The notes: generated by a model not told the origin, from the letters alone. A stretch of DNA of 45,523 nucleotides from a virus (IMGVR_UViG_3300044708_000233:1-45523), one strand, 5' to 3'. Shown: positions 16,855 through 25,391, numbered from the stretch's first letter. Program-made: numbers and translations.

Positions 16855-17555
16855 TGTGGGGGCCCATCGTCTGGCGCCATCGTCGCACAGAACGCGCGCT
16901 CGAGCGAGTTCAGCGCATTTTTCATGTCGACGAATGCGGCACGCTGGCGCTCGCATGCATCGCGCGTAGGCCCCGGTTCCAGGCGGGCGATGAACGCCTG
17001 CCATCGTGCATCGACCTCTGCGAAGCACTTGCTGAAGGATTCCTTCTGCGACACCTGCGGCACTTGAGACGGTGGCCTGTAGAGCGGCGTGGCCGCCAGA
17101 GCTTCGGCCGCGGCATCGAGCAGCGTCCCGTCTACTTGTGGTCCGAGTTCCTCGGCCGCGTCGGCCACGTAGCAGGCCTCGAGCAGGTTGTGCAGCGCCC
17201 ACCAGAGCGACCTATTGGCATTGATGACGCGCTCGCGATCATCCAGGGACTCTGGTGTGCGGGCGGCGCTCATGCTGCGCTCCCCTGTGGCCTTGGTAAT
17301 GGCGGCGCAGGCGCGGCTGATGTGATGCTCGCACAAGGCCAACCCTTCGGCATCCCACTGCACGATCAGTTGCAACGCCTCGAGCAGCTCCGGCGCGGCG
17401 GTAATCAGGCGGGCGTTGGCGGCGCCCTCCTCGGCAAAATCTTCAGACCAGTCGAGATAGACGATGCCGAGCGCGACGCGCTCGCGGACGTCACCGGCCT
17501 GGATGGTCCCGGCGTTGACCTGCCACGGCCCCGGCGTGTGCTTCGCGGCGCTCAT
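16851..17555 (-). CDS. Hypothetical phage protein, in-frame fusion of two small genes (second ATG at 17273)
   Basis: KHTPGPW...ANARLITAAPELLEAL...AITKATGE is a common phage small-gene family; followed in frame by MSAART. Confidence 0.65.
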   Translation of the reverse strand: MSAAKHTPGPWQVNAGTIQAGDVRERVALGIVYLDWSEDFAEEGAANARLITAAPELLEALQLIVQWDAEGLALCEHHISRACAAITKATGERSMSAARTPESLDDRERVINANRSLWWALHNLLEACYVADAAEELGPQVDGTLLDAAAEALAATPLYRPPSQVPQVSQKESFSKCFAEVDARWQAFIARLEPGPTRDACERQRAAFVDMKNALNSLERAFCATMAPDDGPPQ

Positions 17556-17866
17556 GCTGCAGCGCCCTCGGCTGGGTTCTCGTGGCCGGTCCGCGCCTGG
17601 CCGATGATCTCGTCGCGGCGCTCGGTCATCGCGGCGAACAAGGCCGGCCCGAACTTGCCCGCATGCGCGAGCCAACGCCGGTTCGGCAGCTTGATCGCCG
17701 CGCCCGCGGCCACCAAGGCGGCGCCATAGTGCTGGCGTAGCCGGGTCGCGGCGAAGACGCTGCTGCCCAGTCCGAGCATCGGATTCGCATCGACGAATTC
17801 CGCGTACACCTCGTCGAAGGCGCGCCAATCGTTGCCGGCGTCGGCGAGTTTCATGGTCGTCGTCAT
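17552..17866 (-). CDS. Hypothetical protein, 104 aa
   Basis: ORF with ATGA coupling to the downstream gene. Confidence 0.55.
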   Translation of the reverse strand: MTTTMKLADAGNDWRAFDEVYAEFVDANPMLGLGSSVFAATRLRQHYGAALVAAGAAIKLPNRRWLAHAGKFGPALFAAMTERRDEIIGQARTGHENPAEGAAA

Positions 17867-18217
17867 GGTCTAGGGCCTTTCCTGGTCTCCTCAAGGATCC
17901 GCTGTCGCAAGATGCGACGGCAAAAAGCGGGGGAGCCGGGTCAAGGCAGCGACGCGGATGCTTGGGCGTAGGCATCGACTTCAGGTTCGGTGCCAACGCC
18001 CCCTCAAGAGTTCCGCGCATGTCGCGCCGGAGCCTTCGGCGGCTCCCCCTCCAACGGTTGCAGCACACAACCTGCCGGCAATGGTGCACCGATGTCTCCG
18101 GATGGTGCACGTCCGCCGCGCGGGGTCGTTAGTTCTTCGTCGGTGGTGTACACCCGAACCGAAGTTCGTTGCTACTTCCACGCCTTGCCGGCGCGACCGA
18201 TAGGGGTTTGAAAGTGA

Positions 18218-18706
18218 CTACTTGCCGTCGACGCGCATGGCGTCACGATGGCGTTGCGCCTCGGCGATGGCATCGCGTGCGGTCGCTGCGGGCATGATGC
18301 GCCGCGGCGGTGCACCGGCGGCCTCGAGCTCGCGCGCGAGCGCGGTGGCCGCGAGTCGGCATCGCTGAAGATGCGGCAGGCGCTCGGGTGTCGCTTCGTA
18401 AAGTTCGAGCAGCCGGTCGTTGCGGGCACGGTGCCCGGGGTGGCCGCCCTTGCGCTTCGGAGCCACGGGTGGCGCGGCGGCGGCGAGCGCGGCCTGCAGG
18501 CGCGCCAGGCGATGCTCACGCAGGGCCAGGCGCGTCTCGCGCGTGTGCAGGTCCGCGAGCGCGCGCGCGAGCGCGCGGGCGGGCGATGGTGCGCCGGGCG
18601 TGCCCGGGGCGAGCGCGAGGTCGTCGATGGGAACGTCGTCGCCGGCATCGTCCGGCGGCACGGCATGGGCGGCCGCGTCGTCGTCGGGTGCCGGCGTGCG
18701 ACTCAT
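18218..18706 (-). CDS. Hypothetical protein coupled to the integrase, 162 aa
   Basis: ATGA overlap with the integrase stop. Confidence 0.5.
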   Translation of the reverse strand: MSRTPAPDDDAAAHAVPPDDAGDDVPIDDLALAPGTPGAPSPARALARALADLHTRETRLALREHRLARLQAALAAAAPPVAPKRKGGHPGHRARNDRLLELYEATPERLPHLQRCRLAATALARELEAAGAPPRRIMPAATARDAIAEAQRHRDAMRVDGK

Positions 18707-19926
18707 GTTGCCCGGGGCGTGGCCGGCGTGCTCTGCATGGCCACGCGCATCGCGGCCTGCGCGGCGGCGAGCGCCGTGGCCGCGGCTTCGGCGGCCGCGG
18801 CGGCGTCCTGCGCGAGGAGGGCCATGCGATGCGCTTCGGCCATGGGCGCTGTAGCCGCGGCGGCTTGGGCAGCCGCATGGCGTTCGCGCGCCTCGCGAAC
18901 AGGTTCGAACTCGAACTCGGGCGCCGGCGGCGTGTCAAGCCCCAGCCGTTCGGATTGGATGTCGCGAATCGCCTTGTCGTCCAGGTGCCCATAGCGGCGG
19001 TGCAGGATGAGGCTGGAATGCCCGAGCAGACTGGCCACGGGGCTCAACCCCTTGCCCGCCTTCAGCAGGTCAGCGGCCAGCAAGTGGCGCACGTCATGCA
19101 GGTGCAGCCCTTCCCGGCCGACCAGCTTGATAAGACGCGCCCAGGACTTGCGATACAGGTTCGGCGCCACGCCGCGCGGGCTTTTGAAAATGAGCTGGTC
19201 GCGCTGCGTCTCGGCGCGTGGCCGAAGCCGCTTCAGCAGGGCCGCCGTCTCGCGGCTGAAGTACAGCCGGCGCGGGTTCTCGGTCTTGGTCTGGTCGTGC
19301 CAAAGCACGATGTTCGGCCCTTCGGCGTCGTCCAGATGCAGGTGCGTCCAATGCCGGTTGGAGATTTCCCCGCGCCGGGCTCCAGTGTCCATGACGAGCC
19401 AGACGAAGGCAGTGAACAATGGATCCTTGAAGCCGCGCGCGAGGAGGCGGATGCGCTCCCATTCGCCGGGCTTCGGGGGCTCCACCTTGCGCAGCTTCTC
19501 CTTCACACGTCCCGAGGCGCCGAGCGTGGGCGAGACGAACCCCTCGGGCGAGCCCTTTACCTCCTCGATCATCCATTTGTAGACGCTGCCCAACTGGCTC
19601 AACTCGCGGTTGACGGTGGACGGCGCGAACTTCTTTACCTCGCGCAGGTACTTGGCGCCGGCCGCCAGCCGTTCGGGCGTGACCTCCCAGGCGCTCAACG
19701 TGTCGAGCTGGAACCATTGGCGCCACTTCTTGAACGAGCCCGACGAGCGCGCAGTCGGGTGCGCGGCGTAGTAGGTGTCGAGGAGCTCGCCGAAGGACAG
19801 CGGCAGCACGACACGCGCAGGTGCCGTGCGCAAGTCAGGCGGAGGCGCGTCAATGGCAAGCGAGGCGCGATGCGGCGCGCGCAGTGGCGCCGAGCGGGCG
19901 GCGCGCGGAGTGGGCACAGGGGACAT
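18703..19926 (-). CDS. int: Tyrosine recombinase/integrase, 407 aa
   Basis: Catalytic set R (TGARRGEI), K (TKT), HxxR (HDVRH), H (LLGH), Y (RRYGH); GGAG RBS before ATG at 19926. Confidence 0.93.
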   Translation of the reverse strand: MSPVPTPRAARSAPLRAPHRASLAIDAPPPDLRTAPARVVLPLSFGELLDTYYAAHPTARSSGSFKKWRQWFQLDTLSAWEVTPERLAAGAKYLREVKKFAPSTVNRELSQLGSVYKWMIEEVKGSPEGFVSPTLGASGRVKEKLRKVEPPKPGEWERIRLLARGFKDPLFTAFVWLVMDTGARRGEISNRHWTHLHLDDAEGPNIVLWHDQTKTENPRRLYFSRETAALLKRLRPRAETQRDQLIFKSPRGVAPNLYRKSWARLIKLVGREGLHLHDVRHLLAADLLKAGKGLSPVASLLGHSSLILHRRYGHLDDKAIRDIQSERLGLDTPPAPEFEFEPVREARERHAAAQAAAATAPMAEAHRMALLAQDAAAAAEAAATALAAAQAAMRVAMQSTPATPRAT

Positions 19927-20055
19927 GGAAACATTTCTCCGTACAAGGCAGTGTTCCGTTTTGGGGGATACCCTAGGAACACTGCCGTGAATCGCTCCCA
20001 ACCGGGGAGCCTCGGAGTGCTGCAAGCCGCATGAAACCTAGCTTTTCTCGCTTTT

Positions 20056-20104
20056 TGGTGGGTGGTACAGGGATTGAACCTGTGACCCCTGCCGTGTGAA
20101 GGCA
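20056..20104 (-). other. attP core: 49-nt 3' portion of a tRNA-Val(CAC) gene
   Basis: Minus strand TGCCTTCACACGGCAGGGGTCACAGGTTCAATCCCTGTACCACCCACCA has the anticodon arm, T-arm and CCA but no 5' half; 130 nt upstream of int. Confidence 0.9.
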
Positions 20105-20288
20105 AACAAAATCGCATGGGTTTGCGAGCACTATCAGCAATTCTAGCAATAGAATGCGTCAGACTTGCAGGTGATTGTGGAGAGGTTGCGGCAGGGCGGC
20201 GGGCGGGGGGCTCGTGCGACCCTTGCCCATTGACACTCCCGTCGCTCTGTGGGGGCGCCGGCCCCCCCTTTGTTTGGAGTCGCCTGGA

Positions 20289-20534
20289 ATGAACATCACG
20301 CTCGACTATCGCAACCCAACCCCGGCGCACTGTGACGTCGCGGTATTCCTCGACCATGCGCTCGTGGGCGTGCTCACGCTGCGGCAGGAAGACCTCGTCA
20401 CGTTTCAGCACATCATCCTGCATGGCGTGCAGGAGAATCGTGATACGTTCCTCGGCACTGGCGACCCGAACCCCAAGGGAGCGCAGTGGAAATTTGGCAG
20501 TGCTGCGCTTCATGGCCGATCAGATCGATCGTGA
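20289..20534 (+). CDS. Hypothetical protein, 81 aa
   Basis: GGAG RBS; protein-like composition. Confidence 0.5.
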   Translation: MNITLDYRNPTPAHCDVAVFLDHALVGVLTLRQEDLVTFQHIILHGVQENRDTFLGTGDPNPKGAQWKFGSAALHGRSDRS

Positions 20535-20564
20535 CCTCGCACAAGGGAGCGCCGGAGGCGATTC

Positions 20565-20930
20565 GTGAACCTCGACTCGGCTAGCGACGGCTGGACGCGC
20601 GAGATACTTGAGACATCCATCGTGACTCAGGAGCAGTTGATCGCAGAGGACCGGGCGCTCGTACGCCGGCAACGATGCTTCATCCTCCTTGCCGTGTTCC
20701 TCACGCCCGCGAATGCCCTCCTCGGCTGGCATGGGCTCGGAAATTGGTGGGTCTCGCGCAATGCCTGGGAGGGCACGTGGGCCACACTCGATTTGCTTTC
20801 GGGGGCTTGGCTGGCCTATATCGCGCTGATAAAAGGAGTGCCCCTGTACCTGAAAACGCTCTCGCATATGCGCCGTAGCCAGGCATACATGCAATGGCTA
20901 CGCGCACTCCTTGCCAGAGACGACTCGTGA
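20565..20930 (+). CDS. Two-TM membrane protein
   Basis: GGAGG RBS with GTG start; two hydrophobic segments. Confidence 0.6.
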   Translation: MNLDSASDGWTREILETSIVTQEQLIAEDRALVRRQRCFILLAVFLTPANALLGWHGLGNWWVSRNAWEGTWATLDLLSGAWLAYIALIKGVPLYLKTLSHMRRSQAYMQWLRALLARDDS

Positions 20931-21319
20931 AACCCGTCGACGAGCTGGACGCCCTCAGTGCCGAGATGACCGCGCTGCTCGCGGAACCTGAGGTGTCACC
21001 GAGCAAGCGTGCTGACCTGATAGCGCGCCTTCTCGCCCTGCAGATGCGTCATCGTCGCCGCTGGGTCGTTGAGTACGCTGTTTGGCTTGGCGTGGACATA
21101 GTGATCGGTGTCACGTACGCCTGGCTTGCCGCAAAGTCCTCGGGTGGATTCCGCCTCTTCTATCTCGTGTTCATATTGATGGAAGCCGCGATTCTGACGC
21201 GCTCGATCTTTAACGCGCTGCAGGTCTGGCAGTCCATGAAGATCTGCATTATCAACAGCCGACTCCTCCTCGCGACGCTGCTATCCGCCGTACCCGACGA
21301 AGTCAAGCCACCGAATTAG
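20927..21319 (+). CDS. Two-TM membrane protein, 130 aa
   Basis: GTGA overlap; two hydrophobic segments. Confidence 0.6.
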   Translation: MKPVDELDALSAEMTALLAEPEVSPSKRADLIARLLALQMRHRRRWVVEYAVWLGVDIVIGVTYAWLAAKSSGGFRLFYLVFILMEAAILTRSIFNALQVWQSMKICIINSRLLLATLLSAVPDEVKPPN

Positions 21320-21355
21320 GGTAATTCCCCAAATTGGCAGACTTCGAAAAGCGAG

Positions 21356-21571
21356 TTATCCACAGGTGTAGACAACCTGTTAACAAGTCGAAATTCACCT
21401 ATGGCGCGAGCTGGGGATAGATTGTGAATAGCCGCAGGTTCGCGGGATAACTTTTTTAGATACCGGCATCGCATCGGCCTGCCTAAATCGCACACGCGCC
21501 GTTCTGGCGCGAATGCGGGGCAGTGGAATTAATTCACGGTCGGCGTGCGCGTTTTCTGATTTTGGGGAAAA
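21356..21571. promoter_or_regulatory. Cluster of DnaA-box-like 9-mers in an AT-rich intergenic region
   Basis: Perfect TTATCCACA at 21356; reverse-oriented near-matches at 21367, 21378, 21412, 21423 and 21563. Confidence 0.6.
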
Positions 21572-21611
21572 CTGTGGTAGGCAAGCAGGCCGACAACCGG
21601 AGGAACGCATC

Positions 21612-22172
21612 ATGACCGAGACCCCGCTGAGCTGGCGCGCGCTTGAGACAGTGCATGACCAATTTTTTGAGATGGCCGCGCAAATTTGTAAGCGGGAGCC
21701 GCACCGGCCGATGTTGTTAGCAGTGATCGCTGACGAGTCCGGTATTCAACGCTCCGAGATATTCCCTCCAGATATCATCGGAAAGTTTTTCAAAGACGAA
21801 TCCGGCAAGCAGGCTTTCTCCCGGCTGCTGCTCGCACTCTTCACCGATACGTCGATCCGCTGGGCGACGGCAGCCAGGATGGGCGCGGAACCGACGCTGT
21901 ACGTGCAGATTACCGAGGCATGGTTCGTCCGGCGCACGAAAGAAGAAATGGAACACTATCGCGGCGGTGCATCAGATCAGCCCGACCGCCGCGAATCGCT
22001 GTGCATCGTGCTGCACACGGCGGCCGGCAGCATCATGTGCAATCACGAAATCGTCAACGAGCCGACTCGTCACGTCGAGCGTGCGCCGTTTCCATCGCCT
22101 GACTGCCTCGACGATGGCACGTATGGCAGATTCACGGTGCAGAGCGTCATGACGTCACCGCCCGAGCGGTAG
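21612..22172 (+). CDS. Hypothetical protein, 186 aa
   Basis: GGAGGA RBS; ITEAW..S..PDRRE motif. Confidence 0.7.
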   Translation: MTETPLSWRALETVHDQFFEMAAQICKREPHRPMLLAVIADESGIQRSEIFPPDIIGKFFKDESGKQAFSRLLLALFTDTSIRWATAARMGAEPTLYVQITEAWFVRRTKEEMEHYRGGASDQPDRRESLCIVLHTAAGSIMCNHEIVNEPTRHVERAPFPSPDCLDDGTYGRFTVQSVMTSPPER

Positions 22173-22190
22173 CCAGGGAGTCAATCGGAC

Positions 22191-22220
22191 TTGACGGTGT
22201 CACCTTTCTTGCCGTACATT
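22191..22220 (+). promoter_or_regulatory. Sigma70-like promoter
   Basis: TTGACG-N18-TACATT upstream of 22273. Confidence 0.55.
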
Positions 22221-22272
22221 AATTGCGTGGACGACATCGGTTGTCGTCCTGCAAATTGGGAACGCAACTACG

Positions 22273-22509
22273 ATGACAACGACCACTATCGAGAACGCCT
22301 GCACGATGCTCGACGCCGAACTGCGTCGCATCCTCGGCGAAGGAATCGACGACGAGCAGCGCGCTTGCCTCCTTGATCCGAACCGCCACGAAGAGGCTGT
22401 CGACATGATCGACGACATGGAATGCCGTCTCGGCATATCCGCAGACGTGTGCGGCATGGTCGCCGACGCCTTGACGCAGCGCGTCCAGCGTCTGGAGTTC
22501 AATCGATGA
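22273..22509 (+). CDS. Acidic hypothetical protein, 78 aa
   Basis: ORF downstream of the promoter; ATGA-coupled to the next gene. Confidence 0.6.
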   Translation: MTTTTIENACTMLDAELRRILGEGIDDEQRACLLDPNRHEEAVDMIDDMECRLGISADVCGMVADALTQRVQRLEFNR

Positions 22510-22673
22510 CCAGCGAACCGAAGCGTCGGGGGCGCCCGCCCGCTGCTCCGGGCGACGCGAAGGACGAGCGCATCGAATTGCGCCTGACGCGCGCACAGCG
22601 CGAGAAATTCGACCGGCTCGGCGGCGCGCAGTGGGTGCGCGATCGCATCGACGCGGCGCGCCTAGTCAGATAG
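22506..22673 (+). CDS. Small ribbon-helix-helix-type DNA-binding protein, 55 aa
   Basis: RRGRPP...RIELRLT..QREKFDRLGG.QWVR..ID pattern. Confidence 0.7.
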   Translation: MTSEPKRRGRPPAAPGDAKDERIELRLTRAQREKFDRLGGAQWVRDRIDAARLVR

Positions 22674-22840
22674 TGGTTGAATCGGTGGCAGGACTTCGGC
22701 CATTCGATACGCACCGGCGAAGTGCACACGATAGAGCAGACGGCACCCGCGCGCGTGTACCCAGACCCAGCAGCCGACGGGATGCCGCTGCGAGAACCAC
22801 GGAAACCACGCGAAAGTCGGGCACGTCATGGGGAGTCGCT

Positions 22841-23809
22841 TCAGGTTTCGTCAGGTAGTGGCGCGGATGAAGACCGCGGCGAGCGGCGGGACGATCGCAT
22901 TGCCGTAGGCGCGCACGCTTCCGATTCGGCATCCCTTGGCGCGTCTAAGGCTTGCAGCATCAAGTCCTGCCACGCCTGCCACGCCTGCCAATCGGCGTTG
23001 GATGGCGCGCAGTCGTCCCATTCCGGCGGGAAGCCCTGCAGCCAACGGGAATGTGCCTGATTCAATTGGCCGGCGCTTGCCGTCTTGGCAGTCGATCCAG
23101 TCGCATGGCGTCCAGAAATCAACGTGAACACCTGTTCCGACAGCGGTTTGCCCCGCGTCATTTCCGCCCGCGCCGCCAGGAATTCCAGGAAACCCGAGGC
23201 ACTGTGCCAATCCCTCGTCGCCGGCGTCGCCCAGGAGGCCAGCCGTGTCGCATCCGTCAGGGTCGTGCCGCTGTGCCGTCCGCTCGCCGTCGAATAGTCG
23301 CGCGCGCCCGAGCTCTTCGCATCCGTCGTCGTCGTCGTCGGCCAGCCAGCAAGCTGGGCCACGTTGGGCAACTCTGCCTTGCCCATCCCAGCCGACCCTC
23401 GTGCGTCCGCTGCCATAGTCGTCGGCCAGCCAGTACAGCCGCTGCCGGATGTGCGGCGCGCCGACGCCCGCAGCGCACAAATCGGCCGCCGCGCAGGCGT
23501 ATCGCGCGTGCTCCAGGTCAGCGCGAACAGCGTCCCACCACCGCAGGGCAGTAGCGTCTGCAACCTGCTCGCCATAGAGACGGCCAGGGCGACACTCGCC
23601 GATGAGACGGAACCACGCGGGCCACAGGTGCCGCTCGTCGGCAAAACCTCGGCGCTGGCCGGCGGCGCTGAAGGGCTGGCAGGGGCAGCTTCCGGTCCAA
23701 ACAGGTCGAGCGTCGGGCCAGCCTGCCAGTCGCAGCGCGAGGCTCCATCCCCCGATCCCGGCGAAGAAATGGCACTGCACGAAGCCGGCGAGTTCGTCGG
23801 CTCGCACAT
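22841..23809 (-). CDS. Overlapping alternative-frame ORF, putative methyltransferase beta polypeptide (start uncertain: 23809 or 23575)
   Basis: Three WPT/WAT repeats and LNQAHSRWLQGFPPEW (motif IX-like), which is missing from the alpha frame. Confidence 0.65.
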   Translation of the reverse strand: MCEPTNSPASCSAISSPGSGDGASRCDWQAGPTLDLFGPEAAPASPSAPPASAEVLPTSGTCGPRGSVSSASVALAVSMASRLQTLLPCGGGTLFALTWSTRDTPARRPICALRASARRTSGSGCTGWPTTMAADARGSAGMGKAELPNVAQLAGWPTTTTTDAKSSGARDYSTASGRHSGTTLTDATRLASWATPATRDWHSASGFLEFLAARAEMTRGKPLSEQVFTLISGRHATGSTAKTASAGQLNQAHSRWLQGFPPEWDDCAPSNADWQAWQAWQDLMLQALDAPRDAESEACAPTAMRSSRRSPRSSSAPLPDET

Positions 23810-23924
23810 CGATGATGCTTCGCTCGTCGACGACGCCCGGGGCAATGTGTCCGGCGTCGATGAGGTTGCGCAGCCACTGGGCGGCATAAGGGTCGATCTC
23901 GTTGTACCAAGCACCGCCGGTCAC
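22851..23924 (-). CDS. DNA cytosine-C5 methyltransferase, alpha polypeptide
   Basis: FFAGIGG (motif I), GSCPCQPFS (IV), GEQV (VI), PHIRQRLYW (VIII), AYGNAIVP (X). Confidence 0.9.
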   Translation of the reverse strand: MTGGAWYNEIDPYAAQWLRNLIDAGHIAPGVVDERSIIDVRADELAGFVQCHFFAGIGGWSLALRLAGWPDARPVWTGSCPCQPFSAAGQRRGFADERHLWPAWFRLIGECRPGRLYGEQVADATALRWWDAVRADLEHARYACAAADLCAAGVGAPHIRQRLYWLADDYGSGRTRVGWDGQGRVAQRGPACWLADDDDDGCEELGRARLFDGERTAQRHDPDGCDTAGLLGDAGDEGLAQCLGFPGIPGGAGGNDAGQTAVGTGVHVDFWTPCDWIDCQDGKRRPIESGTFPLAAGLPAGMGRLRAIQRRLAGVAGVAGLDAASLRRAKGCRIGSVRAYGNAIVPPLAAVFIRATT

Positions 23925-24964
23925 GGTTGCCCGTCCTCCTTCGGCTGTTCGCCGATGCCGCGATCGAAATAGCGCAGCAATTCGCGGATGCGGCTGACGT
24001 TCAGGCGTCCATCGCTGGTCTTGACGGCATCATCACATTCGGAGAGCAGTGACGCGACCACTTCACAGGAAACGTCGAGCTGGTCCTTACGGCCCTCCGC
24101 ATATGCCTCCGTGAGCATGCGTTCACAGTCTTCCTGCGAGATTTTTCCGATGTAGCCGCGCTCCTTCGGCTCGGCCGGCTGCGCTGCTAGTGGCGCTGCG
24201 GAGGGAGCGGCGAGGGAAACACCCGTGGCGAGATACTTGAGCGCGTCCAACGCTTCCAATTCAGCTAGCGTGTCAGGAATCTTGTTCACGCGAATCCAGC
24301 GGATGACGCCTGCGACGGGCCTATCAACGCTCCAGCGTTCGAGCATGTAGCCGTCAGAAATCTTGAAACCCTGCTTGGTGAGCGCGTCTTCCTCGAATTC
24401 GCATAGCACCAGTTCTCCGTCTTCGGGCAAGCCATCTTCGACGCACTTCCATGCCACCGGCTCGGCCGGCTGCGCCGAGGGATGCGGGGCGGCCGCGAGC
24501 ATCAGCCCCCAAGCATGCTCGGCCCATCCGCTCTTCCATCGGAAGTCGTGCTGCGCAGCATCGACCATCCCGGGCGTCGGCTCGATGGGCACCAGCTTCC
24601 ATTTTTCGGGCACTGCCGAGGGTTCATGCGTGGCGACGAGCGTCATCACCGCGCAGACGAGCCAATCAGCTGGCAGTGGTGGCTCGAAATCTGGATCGCC
24701 TGCTGCCTCGGCCGCGTCCTTGTGACGTGCACGTATCCAGGCTTCAGCCTGTTCCCAGGTCATCGTCACCGCCGATGGTTCACGCGTAGCGGCTGCGGCA
24801 AGGGCATCGATGGCGGCGTGCAGCGCCATGCGTGCGTAGTGCTGGTCGTAGGCGTCGAATGAGGTCTGCACGTCCTTGCTGGCGTTGTCGTAGATCACGC
24901 GGGCGAACTGGACGGCCAGCCGCTTCGCTTCCGCGGCCAAGCGTGCGGGAGTAGGGACGCTCAT
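23921..24964 (-). CDS. Mosaic Ea22/Eaa-like protein with DUF551-like segment, 347 aa
   Basis: WKLVPIEPTPGM..AA, MLAAAP, W.CVEDGLPEDGELVL motifs; ATGA overlap. Confidence 0.65.
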   Translation of the reverse strand: MSVPTPARLAAEAKRLAVQFARVIYDNASKDVQTSFDAYDQHYARMALHAAIDALAAAATREPSAVTMTWEQAEAWIRARHKDAAEAAGDPDFEPPLPADWLVCAVMTLVATHEPSAVPEKWKLVPIEPTPGMVDAAQHDFRWKSGWAEHAWGLMLAAAPHPSAQPAEPVAWKCVEDGLPEDGELVLCEFEEDALTKQGFKISDGYMLERWSVDRPVAGVIRWIRVNKIPDTLAELEALDALKYLATGVSLAAPSAAPLAAQPAEPKERGYIGKISQEDCERMLTEAYAEGRKDQLDVSCEVVASLLSECDDAVKTSDGRLNVSRIRELLRYFDRGIGEQPKEDGQP

Positions 24965-25389
24965 GATGATTCGTCCTCGTCCATGTCGCAGTCGGTCAGC
25001 GGCCCCATCGGCTTGCCGATCGCTGGACCTGTCGGGAATCCGTCTCCCGATTGCCCGCCCTGAACCATGGCGGTGTCGATCTCGGCGTCGAGTTGCTCGC
25101 GCGAGAATGTCAGCGCCCCGAGACGTAGCGCGGCCGGTTTGGTCACCACCAGTGCGCGAACGCCCTCCGACCAGTGCTGAGCACGCAGCCACCGATACCG
25201 CGCCGCATCTCGTGCATGCTCTTCGACAGACGGCTCGAACGTGGCCAGAGCGGCAAGATAACCAACACGAAAGCCTGAACGGCGAAGCCCGATCGACGGG
25301 TCTCGCTTGCCGGGCGGTGCATCGGGGAAAGCAATCTCCGCGGCACGCGCGGCGGCAGCCAGGTCTGCGGAGCTGGGGGCACTGCTCAT
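24961..25389 (-). CDS. Hypothetical phage protein (Ead-like DAARYRWLR motif)
   Basis: RDAARYRWLR...LDAEIDTAM. Confidence 0.65.
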   Translation of the reverse strand: MSSAPSSADLAAAARAAEIAFPDAPPGKRDPSIGLRRSGFRVGYLAALATFEPSVEEHARDAARYRWLRAQHWSEGVRALVVTKPAALRLGALTFSREQLDAEIDTAMVQGGQSGDGFPTGPAIGKPMGPLTDCDMDEDESS

Positions 25390-25391
25390 CG

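Noticed and set aside
17901-17926. Intrinsic terminator
   Set aside because: The A/T run is on the wrong side of the hairpin for either strand
20056-20104. Functional tRNA gene
   Set aside because: The 5' acceptor strand and D-arm are absent; better explained as an att core
19963-21330. Similar GGGG..TACCCTA motifs at ~19963 and ~21317 as shared operators
   Set aside because: Only two copies with different spacing; too weak to support
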